50,976 bases of DNA from a virus (lineage: Duplodnaviria > Caudoviricetes), in the IMG/VR virus record IMGVR_UViG_3300033149_003293, positions 1-50,976 of that record; one strand, 5' to 3'. Positions 24,691-33,451 of the stretch are shown piece by piece. A model generated the notes under the pieces. The model did no database searches and was not told where the DNA came from. It saw nothing but the letters and a program-made list of their open reading frames with translations. A program made the position numbers and the translations under genes. Positions within the stretch are counted from its first letter, which is position 1. Every line of letters begins with the position of its first letter.

Positions 24691-25190
24691 TGGCTAAACC
24701 AATCGTAGATTTAAAGCGTTCAATTTGGGACGAGGAGAAATCCGACCCGTCAAAGGGCGAGTATGTATTCACAAACAAGGTGTACTACAGGAATCGTGAT
24801 TTTGCAGAAGGCTATATCCATCCTTTCAAACTCAAATGGTGCAAATATTCCGAGAACGAGACTGCACGTCCGTTTGCCTCATTCCATAGGTGGAAACAAA
24901 AATTCAGGGCTACACCAGTTGTAGTCGGGGATGACTATTGGCCTGAGGGGTATGCCCCCAATGCTGAGGGGTATTATACCGACTTAGACCTGATTCTAGT
25001 GAAAATCCCCATTGAGGTGCATGTTAAACACAGGAAAGAGGCTGTTCGGAGGTCAGAGATGGCTGGAAAGAGTGTCAAGGCTCAATTTAAGCAAGAGGCT
25101 AAAAATGCTGGCACGGATGTACCTGATGACGATGTTGATGCAGAAGCAGAACGGACACTCAGAGAAATACGTTCTATGGGAGGAGTATAG
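24690..25190 (+). CDS. Head-module hypothetical protein
   Basis: DLILVKIP.E motif; position. Confidence 0.75.
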   Translation: MAKPIVDLKRSIWDEEKSDPSKGEYVFTNKVYYRNRDFAEGYIHPFKLKWCKYSENETARPFASFHRWKQKFRATPVVVGDDYWPEGYAPNAEGYYTDLDLILVKIPIEVHVKHRKEAVRRSEMAGKSVKAQFKQEAKNAGTDVPDDDVDAEAERTLREIRSMGGV

Positions 25191-25225
25191 ACACTGGCCT
25201 GACTTCTACTAGAGGATAGAGAATA

Positions 25226-25666
25226 ATGAGTACGATGGGTATTAAATGGTCAGGCATTGGAAACTCCTATGTCAAAGACTACCCCAACGATGGTGGAAAC
25301 GACTTTGCTGCAAATGACCTTGTTGGATTGGATTCTAGTGGACGAGTAACTATCGCTACGGACAGCAACATTTTTGGTGTTGCTCTTAAAGCTCCTGGCG
25401 GGACTACGACAAGCACTCAGATTCCGGTACAGGTTATCACACCTGATTCGGTGTGGATTGCACAGGTAGATACAACCTCGGCACAGACAGATGTTGGTGA
25501 GGACTTCGGCTTGAATTTCACGTCTGGAAGCATGGCTGTTGATTTGGGCGACACTACGACTACACACGTTAGAATTGAGCAGTTAGACAGCAGAGATGGT
25601 GCAAAAGCAGCTGGTAGAGTATATGTACGATTCAAGCTCGATGGAACCCTAAAGGACTTGGGGTAA
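25226..25666 (+). CDS. Capsid cement/decoration protein
   Basis: Small beta-rich G/T/D protein immediately before the major capsid gene. Confidence 0.7.
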   Translation: MSTMGIKWSGIGNSYVKDYPNDGGNDFAANDLVGLDSSGRVTIATDSNIFGVALKAPGGTTTSTQIPVQVITPDSVWIAQVDTTSAQTDVGEDFGLNFTSGSMAVDLGDTTTTHVRIEQLDSRDGAKAAGRVYVRFKLDGTLKDLG

Positions 25667-25676
25667 GGAGTAGACA

Positions 25677-26594
25677 ATGGCTATTGTAAGAACAGATTGG
25701 GATAGAAGTGATAACAAGGATGTTTTTAAGACTCTTGTTAGAAGGTGGTTTGATAGTACGGACAGAGAGGCGATTGTCGAATGGCCTAGGGTTTTTAAAT
25801 CCTACAAGACCAGCGACGAGTACGAGAGGCATGGACGATACGCCGGATTGGATTATCCTGGTGAATTGGACGAGGGAGAAAATATCCCCATCCAAGACCC
25901 GAAATTCGACGGTGTGAAGGACTATGAGCAGGTTGCCTATGGTTCTGGTTTTCGTATTACAGACAGGATGAAAAAGTTCAACAAGATTGGTGTGATGGAA
26001 ATGCTCACTAAATCTTTGAAACGTATGCAGATGGAGGGTAAGGACGTTGAGGTTGCCAAAGTTTGGAATAACCTGACAGCGACCACCTATACCAATACGT
26101 TTGACGGGCTTGCTGTGGCACATAACTCGCACACCTGTTTGGATGATGCCGCTACCACGTATGACAACTATGGCGATTCAGCCCTAGCATTGAGTTCGTT
26201 AGAGTCGGCAATTCAGTATTTTGACTATATGTACGATGACCAGGGTAATGTTTTCATTGCGAAACCGGATACTTTGGTTGTGAACTACACATTGCGTCAG
26301 GATGCCAATGAGTTGCTGAAATCATCGATGAAACCGTGGGAAGACTCCAATACTATCAATGTGATTAAGGGTGAATTGAGTCCGTTTGTGTATCACAGAC
26401 TGACGGCGAGTACGACTTGGTTCGTTATCGCAAAGAATCATCCTAAGTATGGTGCTTTTGTGTATACTTCTGGTGAGCCTGATTTAAAAGTCAAGGATGG
26501 GCCGGATACTACGAGAGATACCATTGTGACATCGCTCCAGTATTTTGATTTTAGTGTCGATGACAGTAGGTTAATCTACGTGGGCGATAGTTGA
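25677..26594 (+). CDS. Major capsid protein (HK97 fold, Mu gpT-like)
   Basis: EGENI, YGSGFRIT, FDG...H, PDTLVV, NTIN, LT..TTWF motifs; followed by a stem-loop. Confidence 0.9.
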   Translation: MAIVRTDWDRSDNKDVFKTLVRRWFDSTDREAIVEWPRVFKSYKTSDEYERHGRYAGLDYPGELDEGENIPIQDPKFDGVKDYEQVAYGSGFRITDRMKKFNKIGVMEMLTKSLKRMQMEGKDVEVAKVWNNLTATTYTNTFDGLAVAHNSHTCLDDAATTYDNYGDSALALSSLESAIQYFDYMYDDQGNVFIAKPDTLVVNYTLRQDANELLKSSMKPWEDSNTINVIKGELSPFVYHRLTASTTWFVIAKNHPKYGAFVYTSGEPDLKVKDGPDTTRDTIVTSLQYFDFSVDDSRLIYVGDS

Positions 26595-26601
26595 TTTTTA
26601 T

Positions 26602-26646
26602 CAGGGGGGCTAAATTTAATACAGTTTAACTAGCCCCCCTGCTTTT
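26602..26646 (+). terminator. Stem-loop terminator after the major capsid gene
   Basis: CAGGGGGGCTA/TAGCCCCCCTG 11-bp stem, 18-nt loop, then CTTTT. Confidence 0.7.
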
Positions 26647-26649
26647 CCA

Positions 26650-26738
26650 CTATGTGATTCAATGCGGATTAATCTCATAGTATATAGAAGTGCTACCAGG
26701 TCGTTACCGTAGCGGCTGTACCGAAAAGGGTGGTAGCA
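26650..26738 (+). promoter_or_regulatory. Candidate structured RNA leader
   Basis: Hairpin 26650-26680; TGCTACCA/TGGTAGCA (26691-26738) encloses two small stems. Confidence 0.4.
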
Positions 26739-26754
26739 AAATAGGAGATTTTAA

Positions 26755-27744
26755 ATGAGTACTTTTCCAGATCAATTATTTCACTTCGGTGGAATACCAG
26801 TTTCTAGTGCAGGGATGCTGCCAATTATGGGTGGGAAATCTAAAGCATACTTTGTTGACCCTGCTAATGGAAACGACAATAATTCAGGGACACGTCCTGA
26901 TCCACAGCACGCTTTAGACACTGTTTCGGCTGCATATGCGAAATGTGTCGACAAACAGGGTGATGTTATCTATCTTTTGAATGATGGAAATACCAGCGGC
27001 ACTTCACGTGAGACTGGTACGATTACGTGGTCAAAAGATAATACACATCTAATTGGCTTGTGTGCACCCGTGTCTTTATCACAGCGAGCAAGGATTGCCC
27101 CCACATCGGGAAACACAGACTTTGATGCTTTTACACCGATGCTTACTGTTTCTGGGCATGGGAACATTTTTGCTAATGTTCAAATTGCACCTTGGGGTTC
27201 CGAGGATGCTAAAGCTGCTCGTGGTGTAGACGTGACTGGCAATAGGAACTTTTTCTATAATTGCCATCTAATTGGTATTACACATGCCAATGTTGGTGAC
27301 GAGGCTGCTGCGTGTGATGTGAAAATTACCGGTGAGGAGAACGTGTTTGAACGGACTACAATCGGTATGGACTCAGTTGCACGTTCGACAACCAATGGAA
27401 GTGTGGAGTTGACCAGTCAGGCTACTCGGAATAGCTTCATAGATTGCTTATTTCCGATGCTGGCAGATAATGCAGGCGCTCTGTTCATTAAGGCAGACGC
27501 TGCAAGCGACCTTGATAGATGGGTTTTATTTAAAAATTGCGTATTTATCAATGCGGTTGAATCTACTGGGACTTCCTTGACCTCGGCTTGTAATGTTCAC
27601 GATGCTGCTGGGGGTGCGGTGATTCTACAGAATTGTATTATCGTTGGAGCTGATGATGTGGCTGCTGCCGATAATGGGAATGTTTATGTGACACCGATAC
27701 CCGCTGCTGCTACTGGTGAACTCGCTACTGTTGTAACTCAGTAA
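26755..27744 (+). CDS. Pectin-lyase-like beta-helix virion protein (putative head spike)
   Basis: YFVDPANGNDNNSG...AL.T..AAY, GDVIYL, repeated F.NC.F rungs. Confidence 0.75.
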   Translation: MSTFPDQLFHFGGIPVSSAGMLPIMGGKSKAYFVDPANGNDNNSGTRPDPQHALDTVSAAYAKCVDKQGDVIYLLNDGNTSGTSRETGTITWSKDNTHLIGLCAPVSLSQRARIAPTSGNTDFDAFTPMLTVSGHGNIFANVQIAPWGSEDAKAARGVDVTGNRNFFYNCHLIGITHANVGDEAAACDVKITGEENVFERTTIGMDSVARSTTNGSVELTSQATRNSFIDCLFPMLADNAGALFIKADAASDLDRWVLFKNCVFINAVESTGTSLTSACNVHDAAGGAVILQNCIIVGADDVAAADNGNVYVTPIPAAATGELATVVTQ

Positions 27745-27751
27745 AAATTAT

Positions 27752-27775
27752 AGGGGGCTGAAATGCCCCCTTTTT
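27752..27775 (+). terminator. Rho-independent terminator
   Basis: AGGGGGC-TGAAAT-GCCCCCT-TTTT. Confidence 0.85.
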
Positions 27776-27778
27776 CTT

Positions 27779-27979
27779 ATGATTAGAGACAAGTTTCCAA
27801 AAGGTTTAAATTTCGTACCGCCGACTGATGCGATTATAGATGCGATAGAGGAGTTGGAAACAGATATGGTTGCCTACAAAAAGTACCTCGCCGAGACTGC
27901 CAAGAGTCTCACAGCACTTTGGGCGAGGGTAGGAAAGGTTCAAAAAAACCTTGACCTCATAAAGAAGTATGTCGAGTGA
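27779..27979 (+). CDS. Small helical hypothetical protein
   Basis: 66-aa ORF abutting the next gene; no clear SD. Confidence 0.55.
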   Translation: MIRDKFPKGLNFVPPTDAIIDAIEELETDMVAYKKYLAETAKSLTALWARVGKVQKNLDLIKKYVE

Positions 27980-28333
27980 GTGATGAGCTACGTAGCACAC
28001 TCACAGATTCTATACAGTGGCACAGCTACAACTACCGGCAATACTCAATCAACCCCCAAAGTATGCAGATACTCTAAGGAAGCAGTTTTCTTCTTAGATG
28101 TTACTGCGGTAAGTGGTACAAGCCCTACGCTCGATGTAGCGATTAACACATACGATGAGGTAGGTGGGAACTGGCATCTACTCGCCACGTTTGACCGAAT
28201 GACAGCCACAGGTACAGATGTCGGATATGTCGGATACGGACTTGGTGAGAAGCTGTCTGTCACATATACAATCGATGGTACAAACCCATCGTTTACATTT
28301 TCGGTGGCAGCTAACTTGAAGGATATTCTATGA
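27980..28333 (+). CDS. Small beta-sandwich virion decoration protein
   Basis: LDVTAVSGTSPTLDV...YTIDGTNPSFTFSV. Confidence 0.7.
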   Translation: MMSYVAHSQILYSGTATTTGNTQSTPKVCRYSKEAVFFLDVTAVSGTSPTLDVAINTYDEVGGNWHLLATFDRMTATGTDVGYVGYGLGEKLSVTYTIDGTNPSFTFSVAANLKDIL

Positions 28334-28452
28334 CGCTGAGACTTCATAATCGGCAGGGAGTACCCAGGCGAAAATGCACGTTTAAAATATGGAGACCACC
28401 CTGGTATAAGCGATTATGGAGTTTGTTTAGTAGCTGGTTTAGAGGAAAATAG
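28330..28452 (+). CDS. Basic amphipathic peptide, 40 aa
   Basis: MTLRLHNRQG...PPWYKRLWSLFSSWFRGK; overlaps both neighbours. Confidence 0.55.
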   Translation: MTLRLHNRQGVPRRKCTFKIWRPPWYKRLWSLFSSWFRGK

Positions 28453-29093
28453 TGGGACATCCAGAGCAACCTGTCCTAATTTGGGGTAAGATTAGTGACA
28501 GCGTGGCACGTGGGGCAAGAATAGATAGTTCTACTCACGCCACAACAACCATTGAATACGAACACCATGAAATCCACGATGGTAGTGCATTTATGTGTAC
28601 TTACGAGAACTTGTGCACTAATACTAACGAACGAAGTGTCATAGCATTTAATACTCCCGATACAACTAAATGGATTCATTTAATCGCAACTGCTTCTAGT
28701 ACAGCCATATCGAGATTTTCCATAGCAGAAAATACCAGCATTGATGTTGATGAGGGTACACAGTTGGCTATCTATAATAAGAACAGAAACAGTACAAAAA
28801 CCAGCGGAGTAACGTCTATAGAGACCACCCCCGTGGCTAATAAAGCCACAAGTTTTAATGAAACACAGGCTGCCAATGCAAATATAACTACCACGACCAC
28901 ACTGGCATCTATTATAGCTGGTGGTTCTTCCAGTCCATCAGGAAAGACGGGAATCGGCGGTAGTGCCACGCACCAATTTGAATGGGTATTAGAGCAGAAT
29001 CAACAGTATGCTTTTATAGTAGAGAGCTTAGATGATTCTGATAATTACCATACCCTTGAATTGAATTGGTATGAGCATACATCGAAAGATTGA
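28452..29093 (+). CDS. Thr/Ser-rich virion beta-sandwich protein
   Basis: TIEYEHHEIHDG...EWVL..N..Y...LNWYE. Confidence 0.7.
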   Translation: MGHPEQPVLIWGKISDSVARGARIDSSTHATTTIEYEHHEIHDGSAFMCTYENLCTNTNERSVIAFNTPDTTKWIHLIATASSTAISRFSIAENTSIDVDEGTQLAIYNKNRNSTKTSGVTSIETTPVANKATSFNETQAANANITTTTTLASIIAGGSSSPSGKTGIGGSATHQFEWVLEQNQQYAFIVESLDDSDNYHTLELNWYEHTSKD

Positions 29094-29094
29094 T

Positions 29095-29505
29095 ATGGGG
29101 AAAATCACCTTAGAGTGTAGGTATTGTAATGGGAAATTTGAGGTTTATAGAAGTTGGAAATTCAGGAAGTGTTGCAGTAAAAAGTGTGATGGTTTATACC
29201 GAAAATCTGTGAGAATGGGTAGAGAAAGGATGCTCGGTAAACTCAATCCAATGTGGCGTGGCGGTGATAGCGATAAGGAAAGAAGGAGTGCCGATTATAA
29301 AGACTGGAGGATAGAAGTTTTTAAGCGAGATGGTTTCACGTGTCAGGGATGTGGTTATTTTAATGGTTGTGGAGAGAAGCGTAGAGATTTAAATGCCCAT
29401 CATATTGTGCCATGGATTGAAAGCATTGAATTGAGATATGAAGTTGACAATGGCAAGACCCTTTGTGTGCCTTGCCACATTAAAGAGCACCAAGATAAGG
29501 GGTAG
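29095..29505 (+). CDS. HNH endonuclease (probable homing endonuclease)
   Basis: CRYC..CS..C, NPMWRGG, VFKRDGFTCQ.C, AHHI, NGKTLC..CH..EH. Confidence 0.9.
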   Translation: MGKITLECRYCNGKFEVYRSWKFRKCCSKKCDGLYRKSVRMGRERMLGKLNPMWRGGDSDKERRSADYKDWRIEVFKRDGFTCQGCGYFNGCGEKRRDLNAHHIVPWIESIELRYEVDNGKTLCVPCHIKEHQDKG

Positions 29506-29506
29506 C

Positions 29507-30124
29507 ATGAAACACATAGTAGCTTGCGTGCCTTTTGCAAGGGACTTTATTTACCGTGATTTTTTCAAATCATGGACTCAGATGCTTTTTTATGCCAAGG
29601 GCAGGTATGACCTGTCTGTGGTCACCTCTTATGGCCCCTACATAGACGTTAACCGTGACTGTATGGTTATTGATGCAATGCAGATGGAACCAGATAAGAT
29701 ACTGTTTTTGGATGATGACCAGACCTACCCGCCAGAAACACCCGAGATACTACTTAACCACGACAAGATGATAGTCGGTGGGGTAACACCGATAAAAGAT
29801 AATGCCCGTCCGATGCTGTGGAATTGGACAGATGAGAGTTTTACAACCATAGATATTTGGCCTTCGTTAAATGGAAAATCGGGACTAACAATGGTTGATG
29901 GTTTAGGGATGGGTGGTGTAATGGTAGACCCGAAAGTATTCGATATGCTAGACGCCCCCTATTTCAAGATAGACCGTGACCCCAACAAATACAAAGACCA
30001 TGGAGAGGATATATCGTTCTACAAAAAGTGTAAACAAGCTAGCATTGAGGTGTGGGTAGATTTAGATTTGCAGTATGGTCACCTTTTCATGCAGGAGATA
30101 CGGATTGGGGACTGTGTGCGATGA
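29507..30124 (+). CDS. Glycosyltransferase, GT-A fold, inside the structural operon
   Basis: IDVNRD, ILFLDDD, GMGGVMV, GEDISF, VWVD...GH. Confidence 0.85.
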   Translation: MKHIVACVPFARDFIYRDFFKSWTQMLFYAKGRYDLSVVTSYGPYIDVNRDCMVIDAMQMEPDKILFLDDDQTYPPETPEILLNHDKMIVGGVTPIKDNARPMLWNWTDESFTTIDIWPSLNGKSGLTMVDGLGMGGVMVDPKVFDMLDAPYFKIDRDPNKYKDHGEDISFYKKCKQASIEVWVDLDLQYGHLFMQEIRIGDCVR

Positions 30125-30492
30125 GTGACAGTATAGAAAACAAGCCCTATCGCCTGTGGGCGGGGGATGAGAATAACAAGGTAATAGGACTTCAATGTTT
30201 ATTTCAGCCCAAATGTGCCTATTGTAATGCCAATATGGAGTTCTGGTGTTGCAAGCCACATAAATTCTCGATAAACGATGGTGATGACGTCAAGCGGAGT
30301 CACGCACTAGATATTGAGGTTTCTTGTCCTGAATGTGGTTCCTGGGAGGCATTTGGGGTTGCTATTTCAAGGGAGCATTATGAGCATATCACAAAATGGG
30401 GGCGGAGGCAGCCAAACAAAGGGTGTTTTAGGGTGGTTGATGAAAACCGTGACGAGGCTAAGAAACCGTCTCAAAAAAGAGCCAGCACTTAG
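30121..30492 (+). CDS. Zn-ribbon protein A
   Basis: CAYC...M...CPECG; ATGA overlap with the glycosyltransferase. Confidence 0.7.
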   Translation: MSDSIENKPYRLWAGDENNKVIGLQCLFQPKCAYCNANMEFWCCKPHKFSINDGDDVKRSHALDIEVSCPECGSWEAFGVAISREHYEHITKWGRRQPNKGCFRVVDENRDEAKKPSQKRAST

Positions 30493-30826
30493 TCCTTTAT
30501 GGAGACGCACCTACGACATCTATTGTCACAAGCCTAAAATTGACCTTCTTTGCAGGCATTGTGGTTCCAGGATGATTCTACGGTTCTCTGAGTTATTTAC
30601 AGAGGGATATATGTCGTTTAATATCAGGCGTGCTGTAAACGTGGTAGAGTACAAATGTCCTAGATGCTCACTCACACAGAAGTTTTATGTAGAGGATACG
30701 CCTGAGTATTTATATACCATGCTCGATGTACGTGGCGGGGTAAGAGCGTTTGTCCCTCCCGTAAGTGAATGGAAGAAAGAGCATGAGGAGATTAAAAAAC
30801 GCCTGGAAATTCTGGGCTACATGTGA
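30440..30826 (+). CDS. Zn-ribbon protein B (probable paralogue of A)
   Basis: CRHCG..M...KCPRC. Confidence 0.7.
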   Translation: MKTVTRLRNRLKKEPALSPLWRRTYDIYCHKPKIDLLCRHCGSRMILRFSELFTEGYMSFNIRRAVNVVEYKCPRCSLTQKFYVEDTPEYLYTMLDVRGGVRAFVPPVSEWKKEHEEIKKRLEILGYM

Positions 30827-30850
30827 AAAGAGAGGAAACGGGGGTAGAGA

Positions 30851-31057
30851 ATGGCAAACCTAGATTTCGCACAAAAGAAAAAAGATTTAGAGGCTAAGTC
30901 CGCAGAGTTGAATAAACAGCGTGAGAAGCTTATACAACAGGCGGACGAGATAGCTATGGAGCTTATGCGGATTCAAGGTGAATATAGACTTATTGGTGAA
31001 CTACTCGACAAAACACCAACAGTGGAAGAAGAGACAGAGAAAGAAAAAGGAAAATAA
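30851..31057 (+). CDS. Short coiled-coil protein
   Basis: Heptad pattern, RIQGEY. Confidence 0.7.
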   Translation: MANLDFAQKKKDLEAKSAELNKQREKLIQQADEIAMELMRIQGEYRLIGELLDKTPTVEEETEKEKGK

Positions 31058-31071
31058 CAGGAGAGTAACAA

Positions 31072-31404
31072 ATGAGTTTTAAAGCAAAAACATCGGCAAA
31101 ATTACCGATACCCGTATTGGAACAATTTACATCGGTATTGCAAACCACTACAAGCATCGGAGGGACTGCTGCAAAAGTCCCAGGTACGGCATTGAATTAC
31201 AGGCGTGCGATTATTGTACAGAATAACCACGCTTCTAATACAGTTTATTTGGGTTCTTCGACGGTAACGGCAGATACTGCTGCTACTGGTGGCTATCAGC
31301 TAGGGCCAGGAGATTCAGTGGCGTTTACGTTGGATGGGTCGGTGGATTTATACGCAATAGCGAGTGCAGCAAGCACCCCAGTCTGTACGATAGAGTTTGC
31401 GTAG
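31072..31404 (+). CDS. Small beta-sandwich virion protein
   Basis: RRAIIVQN..SNTVYLG...G.QL.PG...LYAI. Confidence 0.75.
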   Translation: MSFKAKTSAKLPIPVLEQFTSVLQTTTSIGGTAAKVPGTALNYRRAIIVQNNHASNTVYLGSSTVTADTAATGGYQLGPGDSVAFTLDGSVDLYAIASAASTPVCTIEFA

Positions 31405-31413
31405 GGGGATGAC

Positions 31414-32841
31414 ATGAGCATACATTTATACCACCGCCCGAGTGCGGAAGATTTGAGTCTGGCTGACTTAACCATTAAAGACCAGATAAATATCGGCGAT
31501 GGAACAGATACACATATATTAAAGGCTGTTTCTGAGACGGGATTGGGAGGCAGGTATACCATTGGTTTGGATGAAACTGCCCGCACGATGGTGATTTGTG
31601 ATGTGGGGGATATTGATACTGATTTTGGTTTGTCTGCTGCTAGTTTCCCGACAACGTATTGGATGGACGCAGACGGTGACAGCTATTTTCTGATTGGATG
31701 GGATTCTGATGATGTGCCGAAATTAGAGGCTGGTGGAAGTGCGGATAAGATTGGGGTATATTCGGATGTATTCACCGACCGTTGGCTTGAGCAGGATTCT
31801 AATACATTTTTCGGGGTTAGTGTTGCAGGTGCGGATAATTTGGCGCATGGTGCCGAAAATGAAGGTTATTCCAACTCAGCTTTTGGGCGACAAGCTTTGT
31901 TTTCCATCACTACAGGCAGTTACAACTCAGCTTTTGGGGTAAATACTTTGTTTCCCAACACTACAGGTTCTGAAAATTCAGCCTTTGGGTCAGAATCTCT
32001 TAGCTCCATCACTACAGGCAGTTACAACTCAGCTTTTGGGCGGAGGGCCTTATACTCCAATACCACAGCCTCTAGTAATTCAGCTTTTGGGCAGTACGCT
32101 CTTCGCTACAACACTACCGGTGCTTACAATTCAGTTTTTGGGCGATATACTATATATGCCAATACTACAGGCTCTAATAATACAGCTCTTGGATTTAGTG
32201 CCGGTCGCTACCAATCCGATGGTTCCTCTGCGCTCGAAACACCCGAAAATTCCGTATATATCGGGGCAGAGGTAAAATCAGGCTCTGACCCTGATGGCGG
32301 TGAGGATGCAATAGATAACGAGATAGTTATCGGATATAACGCTACTGGAAACGGGGCAAATACGGTAACGCTTGGCAACTCGTCTATTACTGAGTTTCAT
32401 TGTCAAGTCTCTCTGACTGTGGATTCGGACAGGCGGATTAAGCGGGACATCACACCGTTGTCTGACGGGCTGGATTTTATCAATGCCCTTAAACCAATCA
32501 CTTTCAGGCGACTCAATCCTGCCGACTGGTCAAGTAGAATCAGACCATCGGAGTATAAAGATAGAGAAATCGAGGAATATGATGAGAAGGAAAAAAAGCT
32601 AAAGAAGAGAATTGAAAAAGCCTTGCCTCGACCAGAGGATATAGATGATGTGGAGTTAGGTCTAATAGCCCAGGAAGTAGAGGAAGTGCTTAATGAACAG
32701 GGGCTTGATTATAATCTCGTTGCCACAAATCCGTTGGGACGAAAGAGTTTGAAATATTCTGCTCTTGTGGTTCCTCTCATAAAAGCTGTTCAGGAATTAT
32801 CAGACCGTGTTGCTACACTTGAGGCAAGGAGAATCAATTAG
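31414..32841 (+). CDS. Trimeric fibre with 17-aa NSAFG repeats and C-terminal intramolecular chaperone (peptidase S74)
   Basis: About 7 NSAFGxxAL..TTG units; SDRRIKRDI...L.PITF, GLIAQEV, LIKAVQEL. Confidence 0.9.
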   Translation: MSIHLYHRPSAEDLSLADLTIKDQINIGDGTDTHILKAVSETGLGGRYTIGLDETARTMVICDVGDIDTDFGLSAASFPTTYWMDADGDSYFLIGWDSDDVPKLEAGGSADKIGVYSDVFTDRWLEQDSNTFFGVSVAGADNLAHGAENEGYSNSAFGRQALFSITTGSYNSAFGVNTLFPNTTGSENSAFGSESLSSITTGSYNSAFGRRALYSNTTASSNSAFGQYALRYNTTGAYNSVFGRYTIYANTTGSNNTALGFSAGRYQSDGSSALETPENSVYIGAEVKSGSDPDGGEDAIDNEIVIGYNATGNGANTVTLGNSSITEFHCQVSLTVDSDRRIKRDITPLSDGLDFINALKPITFRRLNPADWSSRIRPSEYKDREIEEYDEKEKKLKKRIEKALPRPEDIDDVELGLIAQEVEEVLNEQGLDYNLVATNPLGRKSLKYSALVVPLIKAVQELSDRVATLEARRIN

Positions 32842-32890
32842 ACATAGATTAGACATAGATTAGATATAGATTAGATATAGATTAGATATA
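32837..32890. repeat. 11-bp tandem repeat ATTAGAYATAG, ~4.9 copies
   Basis: Fills the whole intergenic gap. Confidence 0.95.
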
Positions 32891-32893
32891 AAA

Positions 32894-33409
32894 ATGCTAG
32901 ATAAAACACTTTACGAATATCCAGATGTTCTGGGTGAGAAGTGGTATGCCTGTGTCAAATGTGGGGCTGCATACAAGATGGCAGAGGTGTGGTTCGACTC
33001 AGGTTCTACCGCCCCGACTGCCGACGAGACTTTCACAGGTGCTACATCCGGCGATACCGGAGTGGTGGTGGACTATCAGCTTTATTCTGGGACTTTCGCA
33101 GGTGGAGACGCTGCGGGGGTAGTTACGCTCAAAACCCTTACTGGTTCATCTACCGACTCTGATACACTCGTTGAGACTATCTTCCAGGATGATGAGAACC
33201 TGAATGGCAGTACAGCAGGTGATAATTGTATGACCGTGAAAGGTACTCCACAGGTGATGAAATATGGCAGGCTATATCCAGAGAGCCAGACTGCTATATT
33301 CAGAGGGAAACGGTATTGCTCTGCACACTATAGGTGGCATGTGAATCACATACTAATGGACGAGGCAAAAATCACGATCGATGACGGAGATCGTGGCAGC
33401 GTTTGGTAA
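32894..33409 (+). CDS. Virion Zn-finger protein with an inserted G/T-rich beta domain
   Basis: CVKCG...[~100 aa]...YP...CSAH. Confidence 0.6.
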   Translation: MLDKTLYEYPDVLGEKWYACVKCGAAYKMAEVWFDSGSTAPTADETFTGATSGDTGVVVDYQLYSGTFAGGDAAGVVTLKTLTGSSTDSDTLVETIFQDDENLNGSTAGDNCMTVKGTPQVMKYGRLYPESQTAIFRGKRYCSAHYRWHVNHILMDEAKITIDDGDRGSVW

Positions 33410-33451
33410 TAGATATATTCTTAGATATATGAATTTTTGGGGGTAGTAGAA

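Noticed and set aside
26691-26738. Hammerhead ribozyme or tRNA
   Set aside because: No CUGANGA core, T-loop or cloverleaf; GTTCGA hits elsewhere lie inside coding regions
31903-32040. DGR template/variable repeat pair
   Set aside because: The copies are identical, lie in one ORF, show no adenine-specific differences, and no reverse transcriptase is present
32837-32890. CRISPR mini-array (also considered for 15460-15510 and 19295-19369)
   Set aside because: Units are 11-17 bp and contiguous, with no spacers
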